Source of the DNA: Enterococcus phage vB_OCPT_CCS1 | Strand: one strand, 5' to 3' | DNA: 64,000 nt | Sequence record: ON113170.1 | In this document: positions 19,601 to 28,218 of the stretch, in pieces | How positions within the stretch are numbered: the stretch's first letter is position 1 | Layout: every line of letters begins with the position of its first letter | Notes under the pieces: generated by a model | What the model saw: the letters and a program-made list of their open reading frames with translations, nothing else | Database searches by the model: none | Told to the model about the DNA's origin: nothing | Program-made: the position numbers and the translations under genes

Positions 19601-21643
19601 CCAACAGGTACTCAGTATACGTTATCGTTCTATGCAAAAGCAGATATAGACAAAACAAAAATGTCTTGCTACTTCTACAACCCAAACACTACGGTAAATA
19701 GTGTAAACAATCAAGGAGGTAGGATTACCTCTAGTGATGGACGTTCTGTATTCGTTTTAAGTACAGAATGGACTAAATACTGGGTAACTTGGACACAGAC
19801 ACAAGCAGATAGACCTAAATCAGTAATTATTGGTCGTAAGACTGGTGGGGAAGAACCTAACTCTGCTTTCTACATGTCTTCTCCAATGCTAGTAGAAGGG
19901 AACAAACCACAAACGTGGATGAAAGCCCCAGAAGACATCGAAACGGCTATAAACGGTAAAGAAGGTGCTTGGGTTTACTCACCAACAGCACCAACAAATC
20001 CGGCTATTGGTTTAGTCTGGGTGGATTCTTCTAAGACTCCAAACCAACCAAAACGTTGGGTAGGAGGAGAAACTGGATGGGTTGCTCTAACCCCAGAAGA
20101 AGTAAAAGACTTGCCTTGGGGTGAAGACGGTTCTAACCTTGCTGACTGGGTGGCACAAGCAGAACAAAAGATTTCTTCTGATGCAATCATTAATACTGTA
20201 TTAGGTTCTGAGGACTTTACAGGTATCTTTGACAAGAAGGCTAACACAGAAGACTTGAACAACCTTGCTTCTTACGATGACTTAGATGCTATGCAAGCTG
20301 AGTATGAACGTTTGCTAAAAGAGGGTATTGCAGGAATTGACTTCTCACCATATGTAACTAATACGGAGTTAGAACAGTTGAAAGATAGCTTCACTTTCTC
20401 TGTTCAACAAGCCGGTGGGGTTAATATGTTGAAGAACTCTCTGGGATTCTCCGGACTAGATTTCTGGGATGATGACAGCGGACGAAATTTCTATCGTAAA
20501 AACAACTCCGTTACAGTTACTAACCCTAATGTTAAATTTGAGAGAACAGCCGACACACCTAATGGGTTCAAATTAACTGGCGCACAAGACCGTAGTGGTA
20601 CTGTTAGAATTAATAACGTCATCAACTCAAATGGTTATTGGACAGTTTCTTTCTGGTTAAGGGGAAGTCAAAGCGGAACTAGTAACTTCCAAATGGATAT
20701 TTGTGATTTGGGAGTTACAAATTTTGCGGTCACGGCTGATAATGACTGGCGAAAGGTATCGTTAACTGTGAATGTTACTAACTATAGTCAATCAACTTAT
20801 CACTTCGTTGATTTTCAAAACATCGCTTGGGCATACTTCTTTATAAAAGACTTCAAAGTTGAGAAGGGAATAACTGCAACTGACTGGACTCCTGCCCCAG
20901 AAGATGCTATTGTGTTTGACCCTATTGTCACCACTACACAGAACGACCAACTAGCTAAACTAGGATTTGGTTCTGGGTTTATGGTAAACCGAGCACAAAA
21001 TGCAATATTACGTCAGACAATCGAATTACCAGAAGCAAAACAAGGATTGCAATATGCCTTGTCCTTCTATATGAACGTAGCTACCTTTGGAGACACTACA
21101 GGTTTACAATGTGGGGCACGTATTTATGAAGAAGGTGTGTTGAAATACACAGTAGGAGTAACAGATGCTACACAAGGCATTCCAAGTGACTATCACTTGT
21201 ATAAACTTGTATTTGAACCGGAATCCCCAAATACTGTCATTGAGCTGTTTGTTATAAATGGGGCACAAGCAACTGTAATCATATCAGGGGTTATGTACAA
21301 CATTGGTAACATTGCGTTGAAATGGCAACCGTACCCAAGTGAAATCTATAATACGAACGTTAAGATTGATATTAACGGTATTACTGTTAAGAATAATCAA
21401 ACAGATGGTTATACAATGATTACTCCGCAAGAGTTTTCAGGTTATGCTAGGGTTAACGGGGAGATGGAACGTATCTTTACGTTAAATGGTCAGGTAACAG
21501 AGGTTAAGATGTTGAAGGCGGAAAAACGTATTACTATGGAACCTATTTCTGTGTTTGCGATGAACTCCAAGGAAACCAACACGATTGGTTGGGCGTTTGT
21601 AGCTTCCGGGGATGTTAGCCATACTACGGTGTCTAACACATAA
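13679..21643 (+). CDS. giant modular tail fibre/adhesin (2654 aa): six ~110-aa repeat modules with coiled-coil linkers plus several CBM-like modules ending in DWTPAPED-type motifs
   Basis: single uninterrupted ORF; repeated module (SNDNLVTPNEKLDLKKEWEIIV...GQTMRDTF.AYY.ART.LLN) six times; Ala/Gln-rich coiled-coil linkers (AQADATKAQQDASKAQQDATKA); three CBM-like blocks each ending W.APED; translation start uncertain (13679 or 13733). Confidence 0.75.
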   Translation: MCAIILSRDTYKRKDGINLAGGRRFQAGLGSEHKRLYKEGQQINTLLLAQVIQVNYKYNTVDLLALQHKEVFQNSYANEGRFSARLPMEFGGRNLAGQPYGQVNPIAVGTVVLVGFINSDKDMPIVISVYNNNDVNKQLSRTRFANAEPTDMALAGQMYQKFSLYPSLTYDSIDGDGNRIVTFSGKSFIAFDTKDMQNSPMTDASYGSRYEDLGTSYYNDGELIEPMKGRAPNVLFKHQGILDDDNKPDTHNFMIHINPDGTYRTSMMDTEQDWRTMFEMTPEGKIRLRRQGDTVRLNDGFEIGELGINEEGIVYLRNGDMDLEVREDGIYSQGKLITESINLDDIYEKLANVTFEINKTNESLQILAGKSEVQDGKIVNLETEITIVAGKVESKVSATEVQDMIDSSIVDMAEAIKQAQEDADRANQIISDMASDNRLTPSEKLDLLKEWDIVKNEYPTYLAQAELYEVDSTTYTAKYKALETFVTPLLEDMEATSVVDGSIMRKTFSAYYTERINLLNAITKGLKDGLEEAMKKASQASVDATQALADSAQAQIDANNAKQLIADIASDGKLTASEKYQLKKEWDVIVKEYPTTIAQATKYKVNTDNYTAKYKALETFVTPLFANMNETSVVNGEQLRAVFSDYYAVKITLLKEITDIARDELTDYGNRITVAETKITQTSEAITLMASRVETVENDVRTNTAQLKVQADLISQKVTASEVKDAIDNAIDNMSIGGSNLFVINTQTAGLLNENNGTVGTAVDKSVVSNYIKVTARMPYVASLYGNTGTNSIIIAWYDTSKTFISGQAVADSGDFHKTYVAPENAVYARLSYKKSDTVKMKFEVGTKPTDYSPAWDDIKGDQTALEEYIKQVEEQAKQAQQEAENAKNEAENANSAIADMSNDNMLTANEKQQILLQWEEIKTEYPINLDQATKFGVSATQYTTAYNALKTYLDPLLADMTTTSVIIGSTMRSTFNTYYDRRTTLLNRVAELAKQVADQAKDTADKVDDDLNNIGGYNYIGFSSGDHMYPRLMIKNVGYYYIPSTTSAEFVSDMVCLKPKTATVTSVQYDVGNANASVADVGLANYRMKEVKTGQWLTASANLKVVGTGTAYLTIFTLENGSWKASYSDRVNASQGVTRVVAQRQVTDATTGILVRVDGSSITEVHFGNMQLEVGIRSTPWKKSDIDIQEDINNVADDIKDYIGARSDNLITNGFGELGNNTNIGGIFDGADRIVGKGSFRQEEANKSLLFSEHIVIDNKKVYNFDYYMHTLKGVGRSFAMICPYDVDGVRITYPSLGGRNYNSTTPVEFTKLTKPLKVGDTEVFVEDVSLWNGQAPQDYQRSIIMWGYKNSFGYTYPDGTYSQLMQMRTYDIGAVDTTANKITLNKPWAVANPNSSDGIFPVGHTLSPTSDGSTYLYLNGHVNIQVPTTYTKYSHLISGSSEFANTTIIPVETGSIQLGFLLNRDTTGEKSWLNGLRLRDYTDTYKLNDDVRETQENVDKAQADANKANQSIADLSNDNLVTPNEKLDLKKEWEIIVAEKPKNDAQADKFGVSKVAYGTAYTALSNYITPILASTTTNSAIVGQTMRDTFKAYYTARTDLLNAVATKAKDLADTAQSGVEQVKAKAEKAQADATKAQQDASKAQQDATKANQAITDLSNDNLVTPNEKLDLKKEWEIIVAEKPINDTQADKFGVSKTDYGTKYTALSNYITPILTDLTTNSAIVGQTMRDTFRAYYTARTNLLNSISVKAKELADKAQTDANNAQNSANNAQSSANQAQTDATNAQNSANKAQADATKANQSIADLSNDNLVTPNEKLDLKKEWEIIVAEKPKNDAQADKFGVSKTTYGTAYNALNTYLTPILANLTTNSAIVGQTMRDTFKTYYSARTDLLNAIASKAKDLADNAQDTADNIAVGTRNLLIGTQDFSKGKYPGNTHITITDEKLFGNAVMKNDFTTGTGYSDMYQLTTSIIPTGTQYTLSFYAKADIDKTKMSCYFYNPNTTVNSVNNQGGRITSSDGRSVFVLSTEWTKYWVTWTQTQADRPKSVIIGRKTGGEEPNSAFYMSSPMLVEGNKPQTWMKAPEDIETAINGKEGAWVYSPTAPTNPAIGLVWVDSSKTPNQPKRWVGGETGWVALTPEEVKDLPWGEDGSNLADWVAQAEQKISSDAIINTVLGSEDFTGIFDKKANTEDLNNLASYDDLDAMQAEYERLLKEGIAGIDFSPYVTNTELEQLKDSFTFSVQQAGGVNMLKNSLGFSGLDFWDDDSGRNFYRKNNSVTVTNPNVKFERTADTPNGFKLTGAQDRSGTVRINNVINSNGYWTVSFWLRGSQSGTSNFQMDICDLGVTNFAVTADNDWRKVSLTVNVTNYSQSTYHFVDFQNIAWAYFFIKDFKVEKGITATDWTPAPEDAIVFDPIVTTTQNDQLAKLGFGSGFMVNRAQNAILRQTIELPEAKQGLQYALSFYMNVATFGDTTGLQCGARIYEEGVLKYTVGVTDATQGIPSDYHLYKLVFEPESPNTVIELFVINGAQATVIISGVMYNIGNIALKWQPYPSEIYNTNVKIDINGITVKNNQTDGYTMITPQEFSGYARVNGEMERIFTLNGQVTEVKMLKAEKRITMEPISVFAMNSKETNTIGWAFVASGDVSHTTVSNT
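13682..13692 (+). promoter_or_regulatory. extended -10 promoter element TGTGCTATAAT
   Basis: identical 11-mer to the one at 6188; it overlaps the annotated ATG 13679, so the true start may be TTG 13733 (RBS AAAGGA 10 nt upstream). Confidence 0.45.
14940..15680 (+). repeat. two tandem divergent copies of the ~410-nt intragenic repeat module (copies 1-2)
   Basis: protein-level repeat IISDMASDNRLTPSEKLDLLKEW... / LIADIASDGKLTASEKYQLKKEW... Confidence 0.6.
16360..16700 (+). repeat. copy 3 of the intragenic repeat module
   Basis: AIADMSNDNMLTANEKQQILLQWEEIKTEYP... Confidence 0.55.
18200..19420 (+). repeat. three tandem near-identical copies of the ~430-nt repeat (copies 4-6)
   Basis: copies start at ~18204, 18630 and 19078; long exact nucleotide runs are shared (ttatctaatgataatctagttactcc, gacttgaaaaaagaatgggaaatcattgt). 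Confidence 0.75.
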
Positions 21644-21651
21644 CAAATAGA

Positions 21652-21684
21652 GGGGAGCCTTTCCTGTAAGGCTCTCTTTTGTTG
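21652..21684 (+). terminator. rho-independent terminator (gagcctt-loop-aaggctc followed by a T-rich run)
   Basis: 7-bp stem followed by tcttttgttg, after the giant gene stop. Confidence 0.6.
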
Positions 21685-21687
21685 TGT

Positions 21688-21698
21688 TGTGCTATAAT
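21688..21698 (+). promoter_or_regulatory. extended -10 promoter TGTGCTATAAT
   Basis: the same 11-mer again, ~35 nt upstream of the 21733 start. Confidence 0.45.
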
Positions 21699-21732
21699 TA
21701 TATTATGAGAAACAAAATAATGAGGTGAAAAA

Positions 21733-24147
21733 ATGGCTATAAGCGGTAGCAAGTATACAGCTTTTGCAAGACATAGACTTGTATTAGAATGGAGAGCTTC
21801 TCAAAATATTGCAGGTAACTATTCTGATGTAAGTATTTGGTTGTATTTGCAATCTATGGATGCCTATGGTGCAATGTATGCCTCCGCTGTAGGTCAAGCG
21901 CAGGTAACAGCCAATGGGCTAAGACAAACAGAAAATGCGACCTCGCAATTGAACGCATATCAGAAAAAATTATTATTAGCCAAAGTTTGGCGTGTCAACC
22001 ATGATGCAGATGGTAACAAATCATTTACTATTACCGGTAGCTACTTTGTAAACGTAACATTTGCAGGAGTTTATTATGGAACAATTACTATACCTGCATT
22101 TGCGGTCTATTTAGATAGAATCCCACGTAAGAGTTCTTTGAACCCTGTTCCGGATTTGAATATTCCAAACAAACTAAGTGTAAGTATTACTCGACAAAGT
22201 TCTAGTTTTAATCATAACCTAACTGTTTGGGTAGCTAACAGAGCAAGCCCTACTCTAACTAATGATGACCACTGGGTTTACCTAAATAGTATTGAGAATG
22301 TAGGAACAAGTGGTACGTTTACTTTTAGTGTAGCAAACTTTACTGAAATGTTCAAGAGGATGGGTACAAACACCGAATGGGTAGGTAAGGTGAAGCTCTG
22401 GACGAATGGTTTGAATGAGTCTGAGCCAAGCCAACAACGAACCTTCCGAATAAAACCTCCAATGAATGCGCAAGCTTCCGGTGGTAACTTAAAAGTTAAA
22501 GTAGGAGAAAAAATTACAGTTAACCTAAGTAATTTTCAATCTGATGCTAACTTTAAATATACTGGTGTATTCGACTATCGAGGAGTATCCATACCAGTAG
22601 CAACAAATGTACATGCTAATTCTATGACTCTTACATTAACCCAAGCAAACGTGGATTCTATCTTGAAAGAGTCTCCGGATGATGCAGGAACATGGGGGCA
22701 AGTACGAGTAACAAGTTACTATAATGGTGTACAATATCGTACTCCTTGGACTGGACAACATATTGATTGTACCATTCCTAAAGAAGATTATCTACCTGTA
22801 ATCAACGGGACACCGACTTATACTGATTTAAGTGCCGAAGCTACTAACGTTACCGGAAGTAATCAAGTAGCGTTACAAAGTAAGTCTAATATCCGTGTGA
22901 CTATTCCTGCTAACTTTGCCACAGGTCAAGGATTCTCAACGATTAAAACCGTTCAAGCCTCTTTAGGTGGTGCTACCAAGACAGCAAACTATGATGCTTC
23001 TGGATTTAATATTGATATTGGAGCACCAAATGAAGGAACAGCTTCTACATTAGTTGTTACTGTGTTAGATAGTCGTGGATTCAATACTTCATGGACAAAA
23101 ACAGTTCAAGTATATCCGTATACAAATCCGGATGTTGCTTACACGATTGCTCGTAGAAACAACTTTGAAGTAGACACGGAGTTAACAGTTTCAAGTAGTT
23201 GGGCACCCGTTACTATTAGTGGGGTAAACAAAAACGCAATTACTGCTGTAACTTACGCAACAAAACGAGCAGGTACTGATACTTGGGGTTCAGAAACACC
23301 CGTTACTTTTAGTACTGATGGTACAAAAGTTATTGTTCCTACCACTGTTGTTCAGATACCTAACGAATATAGTTGGAATTTCCGTCTAACTATTAAGGAT
23401 AAATTTGGTAGTTTTTCTAGGGAAGCAAATATTCCTGCCGGAAAGCCTATCATGTTCATTGATGCGGTTCGTGAATCTGTAGGTTTTGGTAATTTAACCG
23501 GTACAGGAGAAAGCCGTAATCTTAATGGTGTTATTGAGATTGAACCTGATAGATACCACAGCACAGGTAAAACTGGTATTCAGATGAATAATAGTGATAT
23601 TTCTGGTCTGAATGGTCTATTCTTCTCTAATGACGTAATGGATAATGACGGGGAAGGTCTTCACTTTATTAAGTCAGGTAAAAATATTAACTCCCCTAAT
23701 CAAAGTCAAGATTACGATCGTATGTACATGAGAGATAACGGATTCTATGTTAACCATGATGGCACTCCAATATTTAAAGTTACTGATAATGGTCGTATGT
23801 ACTATCCGGCTAACATGCTATGGTCAGGTGGTTGGTATATGTCAGCCAGTCAAGTTATAACACCATCTAAGCCTTTGTCTGAATGTAGAAATGGTTGGGT
23901 GCTTATGTGGGTTAAATACATGAATGGTGCTTCTTCATGGAACGACATGATTCAAACTTACATTGGAAAAGATATGGTAACTACTGCATCTACTTCGGGC
24001 GTTCGATTGTTGTTCGGTGGATATGGTGACGTTGTTGCTCATAAATATCTCTATGTTACTGATACGCAAATAAAAGGTAATGACAACAATTTTAAAGGTG
24101 AAAACTACGCTAACCGAGCGGTACTAGTAAGGGTACACGAATTTTAA
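21733..24147 (+). CDS. tail/baseplate structural protein (804 aa), function unknown
   Basis: long ORF with RBS GAGGTGA; beta-rich composition; lies within the tail module. Confidence 0.55.
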   Translation: MAISGSKYTAFARHRLVLEWRASQNIAGNYSDVSIWLYLQSMDAYGAMYASAVGQAQVTANGLRQTENATSQLNAYQKKLLLAKVWRVNHDADGNKSFTITGSYFVNVTFAGVYYGTITIPAFAVYLDRIPRKSSLNPVPDLNIPNKLSVSITRQSSSFNHNLTVWVANRASPTLTNDDHWVYLNSIENVGTSGTFTFSVANFTEMFKRMGTNTEWVGKVKLWTNGLNESEPSQQRTFRIKPPMNAQASGGNLKVKVGEKITVNLSNFQSDANFKYTGVFDYRGVSIPVATNVHANSMTLTLTQANVDSILKESPDDAGTWGQVRVTSYYNGVQYRTPWTGQHIDCTIPKEDYLPVINGTPTYTDLSAEATNVTGSNQVALQSKSNIRVTIPANFATGQGFSTIKTVQASLGGATKTANYDASGFNIDIGAPNEGTASTLVVTVLDSRGFNTSWTKTVQVYPYTNPDVAYTIARRNNFEVDTELTVSSSWAPVTISGVNKNAITAVTYATKRAGTDTWGSETPVTFSTDGTKVIVPTTVVQIPNEYSWNFRLTIKDKFGSFSREANIPAGKPIMFIDAVRESVGFGNLTGTGESRNLNGVIEIEPDRYHSTGKTGIQMNNSDISGLNGLFFSNDVMDNDGEGLHFIKSGKNINSPNQSQDYDRMYMRDNGFYVNHDGTPIFKVTDNGRMYYPANMLWSGGWYMSASQVITPSKPLSECRNGWVLMWVKYMNGASSWNDMIQTYIGKDMVTTASTSGVRLLFGGYGDVVAHKYLYVTDTQIKGNDNNFKGENYANRAVLVRVHEF

Positions 24148-24161
24148 GAGGAGGTGCACAT

Positions 24162-24890
24162 GTGGTTATCTATGTTGAATTAGACGAAAACAACGTAGTT
24201 CTTGGGTGGAGTAGCAGTTACTCCGAAGGTTTAACGGAAGTAGAAATACCGGAAGACCACCCAATCATTGTTTTAAATGACTTCTTCGGAAACTACGTAT
24301 TTAAAGATGGTAAACTAATAAAAGACCCCTCCAAAGAACTAGCTAACTTAAAAGAATACGTTAAAGATACTTTAGCGGATTCTTGCTACCAAGAGACGTT
24401 AAAAGGTTTTGACTACCCATTTTCTGATAGTGAAACCTATCATGTCTCCTACTCTAAAAATAAACAACAATACTTCGAAGAGATTAAGTCGCTCTTCGAA
24501 CGTAAAGTTGTTACGCATATTAACTGGGAGTTTATTAATGCTGATGGGGGAACTATCTTAAAAGAATTAGATGAAATAAGTTTCTTAACGCTTTATACTT
24601 TTGCTAGTTTAGTAAAAACAGCTAAAATGAGCAAACTAAAAGAAAAGCTGTACCCATTAGTAGACAGTCAAACTGATAAGGACGAGCTACTTAAAATTAC
24701 GTGGGATTCTATTCCTGATGAACCGTTACCAGAAAAACCTGTAATTGATTTAGATGGAGACGGAGAAATCAGCCAAGAAGAGTTTGATGCACTGGCTAAA
24801 GAAAACAAAGAGTTAAAACAAAAAGTAGAATTAAATGAGTTAGCTCTAATGGATGCAATCAATATGCTGTCAAGCATGATTACAGGTTAA
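24162..24890 (+). CDS. hypothetical protein (242 aa), acidic C-terminal coiled coil
   Basis: GTG start with perfect AGAGGAGGTG RBS 5 nt upstream. Confidence 0.55.
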   Translation: MVIYVELDENNVVLGWSSSYSEGLTEVEIPEDHPIIVLNDFFGNYVFKDGKLIKDPSKELANLKEYVKDTLADSCYQETLKGFDYPFSDSETYHVSYSKNKQQYFEEIKSLFERKVVTHINWEFINADGGTILKELDEISFLTLYTFASLVKTAKMSKLKEKLYPLVDSQTDKDELLKITWDSIPDEPLPEKPVIDLDGDGEISQEEFDALAKENKELKQKVELNELALMDAINMLSSMITG

Positions 24891-24910
24891 CTTTAAAGGA
24901 GGTGATAACT

Positions 24911-25057
24911 GTGTATCCACATCTATCAATGCTATATGCAACGTATGTCATGAAAGACCCAACGGTATGGACAATGGACAAAGTTCCTGCTATGATTCGA
25001 GACGATGTACAAAGAATTGTAGACGAAATGGCAAAAAAAGAACAAACACCCGAGTAG
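24911..25057 (+). CDS. small protein (48 aa); possible -1 frameshift extension to 25122 that would add a transmembrane tail
   Basis: GTG start with AAGGAGGTGA RBS; A7 slippery run at 25033-25039; the -1 frame encodes VVFLTLGISIGLVAGLAIGFFL followed by a stop. Confidence 0.4.
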   Translation: MYPHLSMLYATYVMKDPTVWTMDKVPAMIRDDVQRIVDEMAKKEQTPE

Positions 25058-25175
25058 TCTTTCTAACACTGGGGATTTCCATTGGCTTAGTCGCAGGACT
25101 AGCTATTGGGTTCTTCCTATAATGCTCGGGGAGAGGAAGAGGGTGGCTTAGGCTGTCCTCTTTTTTCTTAGTTAA

Positions 25176-25913
25176 TTGTACTATATTAATGGACGAAAGG
25201 ACGTGATAAGTGTGGGACAATCAGATGGAATGGGTGGAACATTAAAAAGAATTGCTATTCAAGTTGGGGACGACCCAAACACAGGTTGGTATAGATTTCA
25301 AGTTAACCCAACTCAATATAAATACAGCAAACCACACCGTGTAACAATCTTTAAAACAAAGTCTAACATTATCACTGAGGACTTTGGTAAAGATATTGAA
25401 ACCATTCAATTCTCTGGTACAACTGGATTTAGAAAAGACTCTAGAGGAATGAACGGTGCTGATAGATTAAGAGAACTATCAGATATGATAGACGACTACG
25501 CAAATAAAGGTGGGAATGGGAACCGTCCAAAAGTAGAAATGAAGTTCTATAATTTTACTGATGACCAGTACTTTGTGGTTCATTTAGCCCCAGAGGGTCT
25601 CATAATAGAACGTTCTGCGGAACAGCCATTACTATTTACTTATACATTAAGCTTAGTTGTATTAAGAAAAGCAGGGGAACCTGCTGAACGTGACCAAGTT
25701 AACCCAGAAATCGGAAATAAAAATCCTAGTGTAGGAGACAAAGACAAAGACACAAGAAGTGGTATAATTAGAACACCTGCACAGTTACTACATGAACAGT
25801 ATAAAAATTCTGTGTTGCCAAATATAGCAGTAAACCCTAGTGGTACATCTGGTGCCTATAACTACGGTTTAGTTGAGCTAAAAAGATTAATTGGTTACGG
25901 AGGTGGTCAATAA
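25176..25913 (+). CDS. tail/baseplate protein (245 aa); start more likely GTG 25209
   Basis: ORF; AAAGGA RBS 8 nt before GTG 25209; no RBS before TTG 25176. Confidence 0.5.
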   Translation: MYYINGRKDVISVGQSDGMGGTLKRIAIQVGDDPNTGWYRFQVNPTQYKYSKPHRVTIFKTKSNIITEDFGKDIETIQFSGTTGFRKDSRGMNGADRLRELSDMIDDYANKGGNGNRPKVEMKFYNFTDDQYFVVHLAPEGLIIERSAEQPLLFTYTLSLVVLRKAGEPAERDQVNPEIGNKNPSVGDKDKDTRSGIIRTPAQLLHEQYKNSVLPNIAVNPSGTSGAYNYGLVELKRLIGYGGGQ

Positions 25914-26449
25914 TGGCAACTGTATATCAATCTGCGGACTTGCTAAGATTCTTTCGTTACTTAAACGTAAACGTGCAAGGAGATGTCGTTAGTAATGTCA
26001 TAGACGACCAACCTAACTTTATTTCTAGATTTTACACACCGCACACAAGAGTGAATAAAATATCTAGTACCTTATTAGATATTGTGAAAGACAATAACAT
26101 TAGTGAAACAAATAAAGAGTTATCCAAGGATTCACTAACCTATAAGTTCTTGAAGAGTGGACTACGATTAACAGCTCCTGACATTTACCAGTTAGCTCAA
26201 ATCGTAGTACTTGAATCTTTTGCTTTAATTTATGCAATTGAAGAAAAACCTGAAATGTTCAAAATGATTAATGAATCAGATGTGAAACAAACACGTGAAA
26301 ACGTGAAGTATCTTGTGGACTACTTAGGGGAGAAAAAAGATTATACTGATATTGTAATGGATTTACACTCTATGGATATTGCCCTTGGTTATATTCAAGA
26401 ACAGATTCCATTAATTCAAGGAGGGTTACCAGTAAATGGCACGATATAA
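25913..26449 (+). CDS. baseplate-associated hypothetical protein (178 aa)
   Basis: ORF coupled by ATGA-type overlap to the upstream gene. Confidence 0.5.
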   Translation: MATVYQSADLLRFFRYLNVNVQGDVVSNVIDDQPNFISRFYTPHTRVNKISSTLLDIVKDNNISETNKELSKDSLTYKFLKSGLRLTAPDIYQLAQIVVLESFALIYAIEEKPEMFKMINESDVKQTRENVKYLVDYLGEKKDYTDIVMDLHSMDIALGYIQEQIPLIQGGLPVNGTI

Positions 26450-27140
26450 GAAACATACAATCGTTTATGGAGAAACCATGCAATCCATTGCTCAAATGGA
26501 GACAGGTTCTGTAAATGACTGGATAAAGATTGCTGAGTATAACTCCTTGGTTTATCCATACATAGTAGACACTATGCAGGAGAAGATGGCTAATATTGAA
26601 CACCTAGCAACACCGGGAGACACCTTAGTGATTCCTGTAGAAGCTAATCTGTTAGACATGGATATTAACCACTTAAACCAACGAGACATGGACTTCTTGC
26701 TTAGCCTCTCTTTAGGTAGAGATTTAGACATGACAAGTGAGACAGAGTACTACGAAAATCATGGTACAAGTGATGAGGTGTTCTCATTGACCCATAACGG
26801 GCACGGAGACCTTAAGACAGCCAGCGGAGCAGACAATATAAGGCAAGCTACTATCTCTCGTCTAATGACCGCTAAGGGGTCTTTAATGCTACACCCCGAA
26901 TACGGAAGTAATTTACATTTGCTTTTCGGTAAAACCACTATTGAGCAGATGAAACTAATCAGCTTAGAAGTGTGCGAAACGGTACTAAAAGATACTCGAG
27001 TAGCTGAGTGTGTATTAGTCAGTCACTACATCGAAGAAGACCATTATGTAGGGAACTACAGAGCAACCATACAATCTACAAAAGACCAGTTTGAATTTGT
27101 AGTACAAAATGATAGTGTGGGCGCAATTGTGATAGAGTAG
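26436..27140 (+). CDS. baseplate protein with N-terminal LysM-like peptidoglycan-binding domain
   Basis: N-terminus HTIVYGETMQSIAQMETGSVNDWIKIAEYNSL fits the LysM pattern (Y.V..GDTL..IA......V..L...N.L); immediately followed by a gpJ-like gene. Confidence 0.55.
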   Translation: MARYKKHTIVYGETMQSIAQMETGSVNDWIKIAEYNSLVYPYIVDTMQEKMANIEHLATPGDTLVIPVEANLLDMDINHLNQRDMDFLLSLSLGRDLDMTSETEYYENHGTSDEVFSLTHNGHGDLKTASGADNIRQATISRLMTAKGSLMLHPEYGSNLHLLFGKTTIEQMKLISLEVCETVLKDTRVAECVLVSHYIEEDHYVGNYRATIQSTKDQFEFVVQNDSVGAIVIE

Positions 27141-27154
27141 AAAGGAGTATCCCT

Positions 27155-28207
27155 GTGAGACTAAAGAAAATTTCAGAAATTTTAGGTAGACTAATTGACG
27201 TAACCATGATTAACACTCATGAGTTAAACGACTTCTCTGTAGGGTCTACGATTCGTTCCATTTATGAAGCTGTATCAATGGAACTTGAACAATACTACAT
27301 TTTAGGAAGAGAAAATATTTTATGGGGGATTGAGCAGGGGGTACTAAATGCTTTCGACTTTAGAAAACGTGAAGCCAAACGAGCTTACGGTATGGTGACT
27401 CTAGAGTTCCATACTGTAACACAAACCCCTGTTTATGTCCCTACAGGTACAACTTTTGACTCTAGCTTGTCTGGTGCACCTAGTAACTTGACATTCCAAA
27501 CAATGCGAGACTATGTGATTCCTGCCGGAGTTGTTACAGCAAAAGTAGAAGTTTACTGTACGACAGTAGGTTCGAAAGGGAACATTGCTAAAGGTAGAAT
27601 CAATCGTGTTATTAACAACATCTCTAACCTGAAAAAAGTGTATAATGAATATGACATACTTACTGGTACAGATGAAGAAAGTATTGAATCTGTGAAGAAA
27701 AGGTTCCATGCTTTTGTTGAGTCCCGTGGTAGAGCTACGATTAAAGCTTTAGATTACGGTACACGACAAGTAGAAGAGGTATCCGGTGTGTATATCAAAG
27801 AGGAAGTTGGTTATGTACGTATTTACGCTCATGACTTGAACGGGGACTTAAAAGGTGAAACACTAGCTAAAATCAAAACAGCTATTGAAGACTATCGACC
27901 TGCGGGAATTAAACTAGATGTGTTCCCTGTAGTCAAACTTACAGTACCAATTGATGTAACAATCACAATTAATAATAAAAACAGAATTAACACTGCACTA
28001 GAAGAAAGAATTGAACTAACTATCAGAAACTATCTAAACAGTCGTACAGTATCTCAAACATTAGTGAAAGCTGACTTGTTACAGGCTATCATGAATATTG
28101 ATGATAACTTAATATATGACTGCGTAATTAATAACTTGGATGGTAACTTAGATATTAGAGACGAGGAAATCATTCGTGCAGGAGATGTAACAATAGAATT
28201 AATCTAG
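27155..28207 (+). CDS. baseplate J-like protein (gpJ / gp6 family)
   Basis: 350 aa; position after the LysM wedge-like protein; RBS AAAGGAG; sequence reminiscent of the baseplate_J family. Confidence 0.5.
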   Translation: MRLKKISEILGRLIDVTMINTHELNDFSVGSTIRSIYEAVSMELEQYYILGRENILWGIEQGVLNAFDFRKREAKRAYGMVTLEFHTVTQTPVYVPTGTTFDSSLSGAPSNLTFQTMRDYVIPAGVVTAKVEVYCTTVGSKGNIAKGRINRVINNISNLKKVYNEYDILTGTDEESIESVKKRFHAFVESRGRATIKALDYGTRQVEEVSGVYIKEEVGYVRIYAHDLNGDLKGETLAKIKTAIEDYRPAGIKLDVFPVVKLTVPIDVTITINNKNRINTALEERIELTIRNYLNSRTVSQTLVKADLLQAIMNIDDNLIYDCVINNLDGNLDIRDEEIIRAGDVTIELI

Positions 28208-28218
28208 GAGGTAAAATT

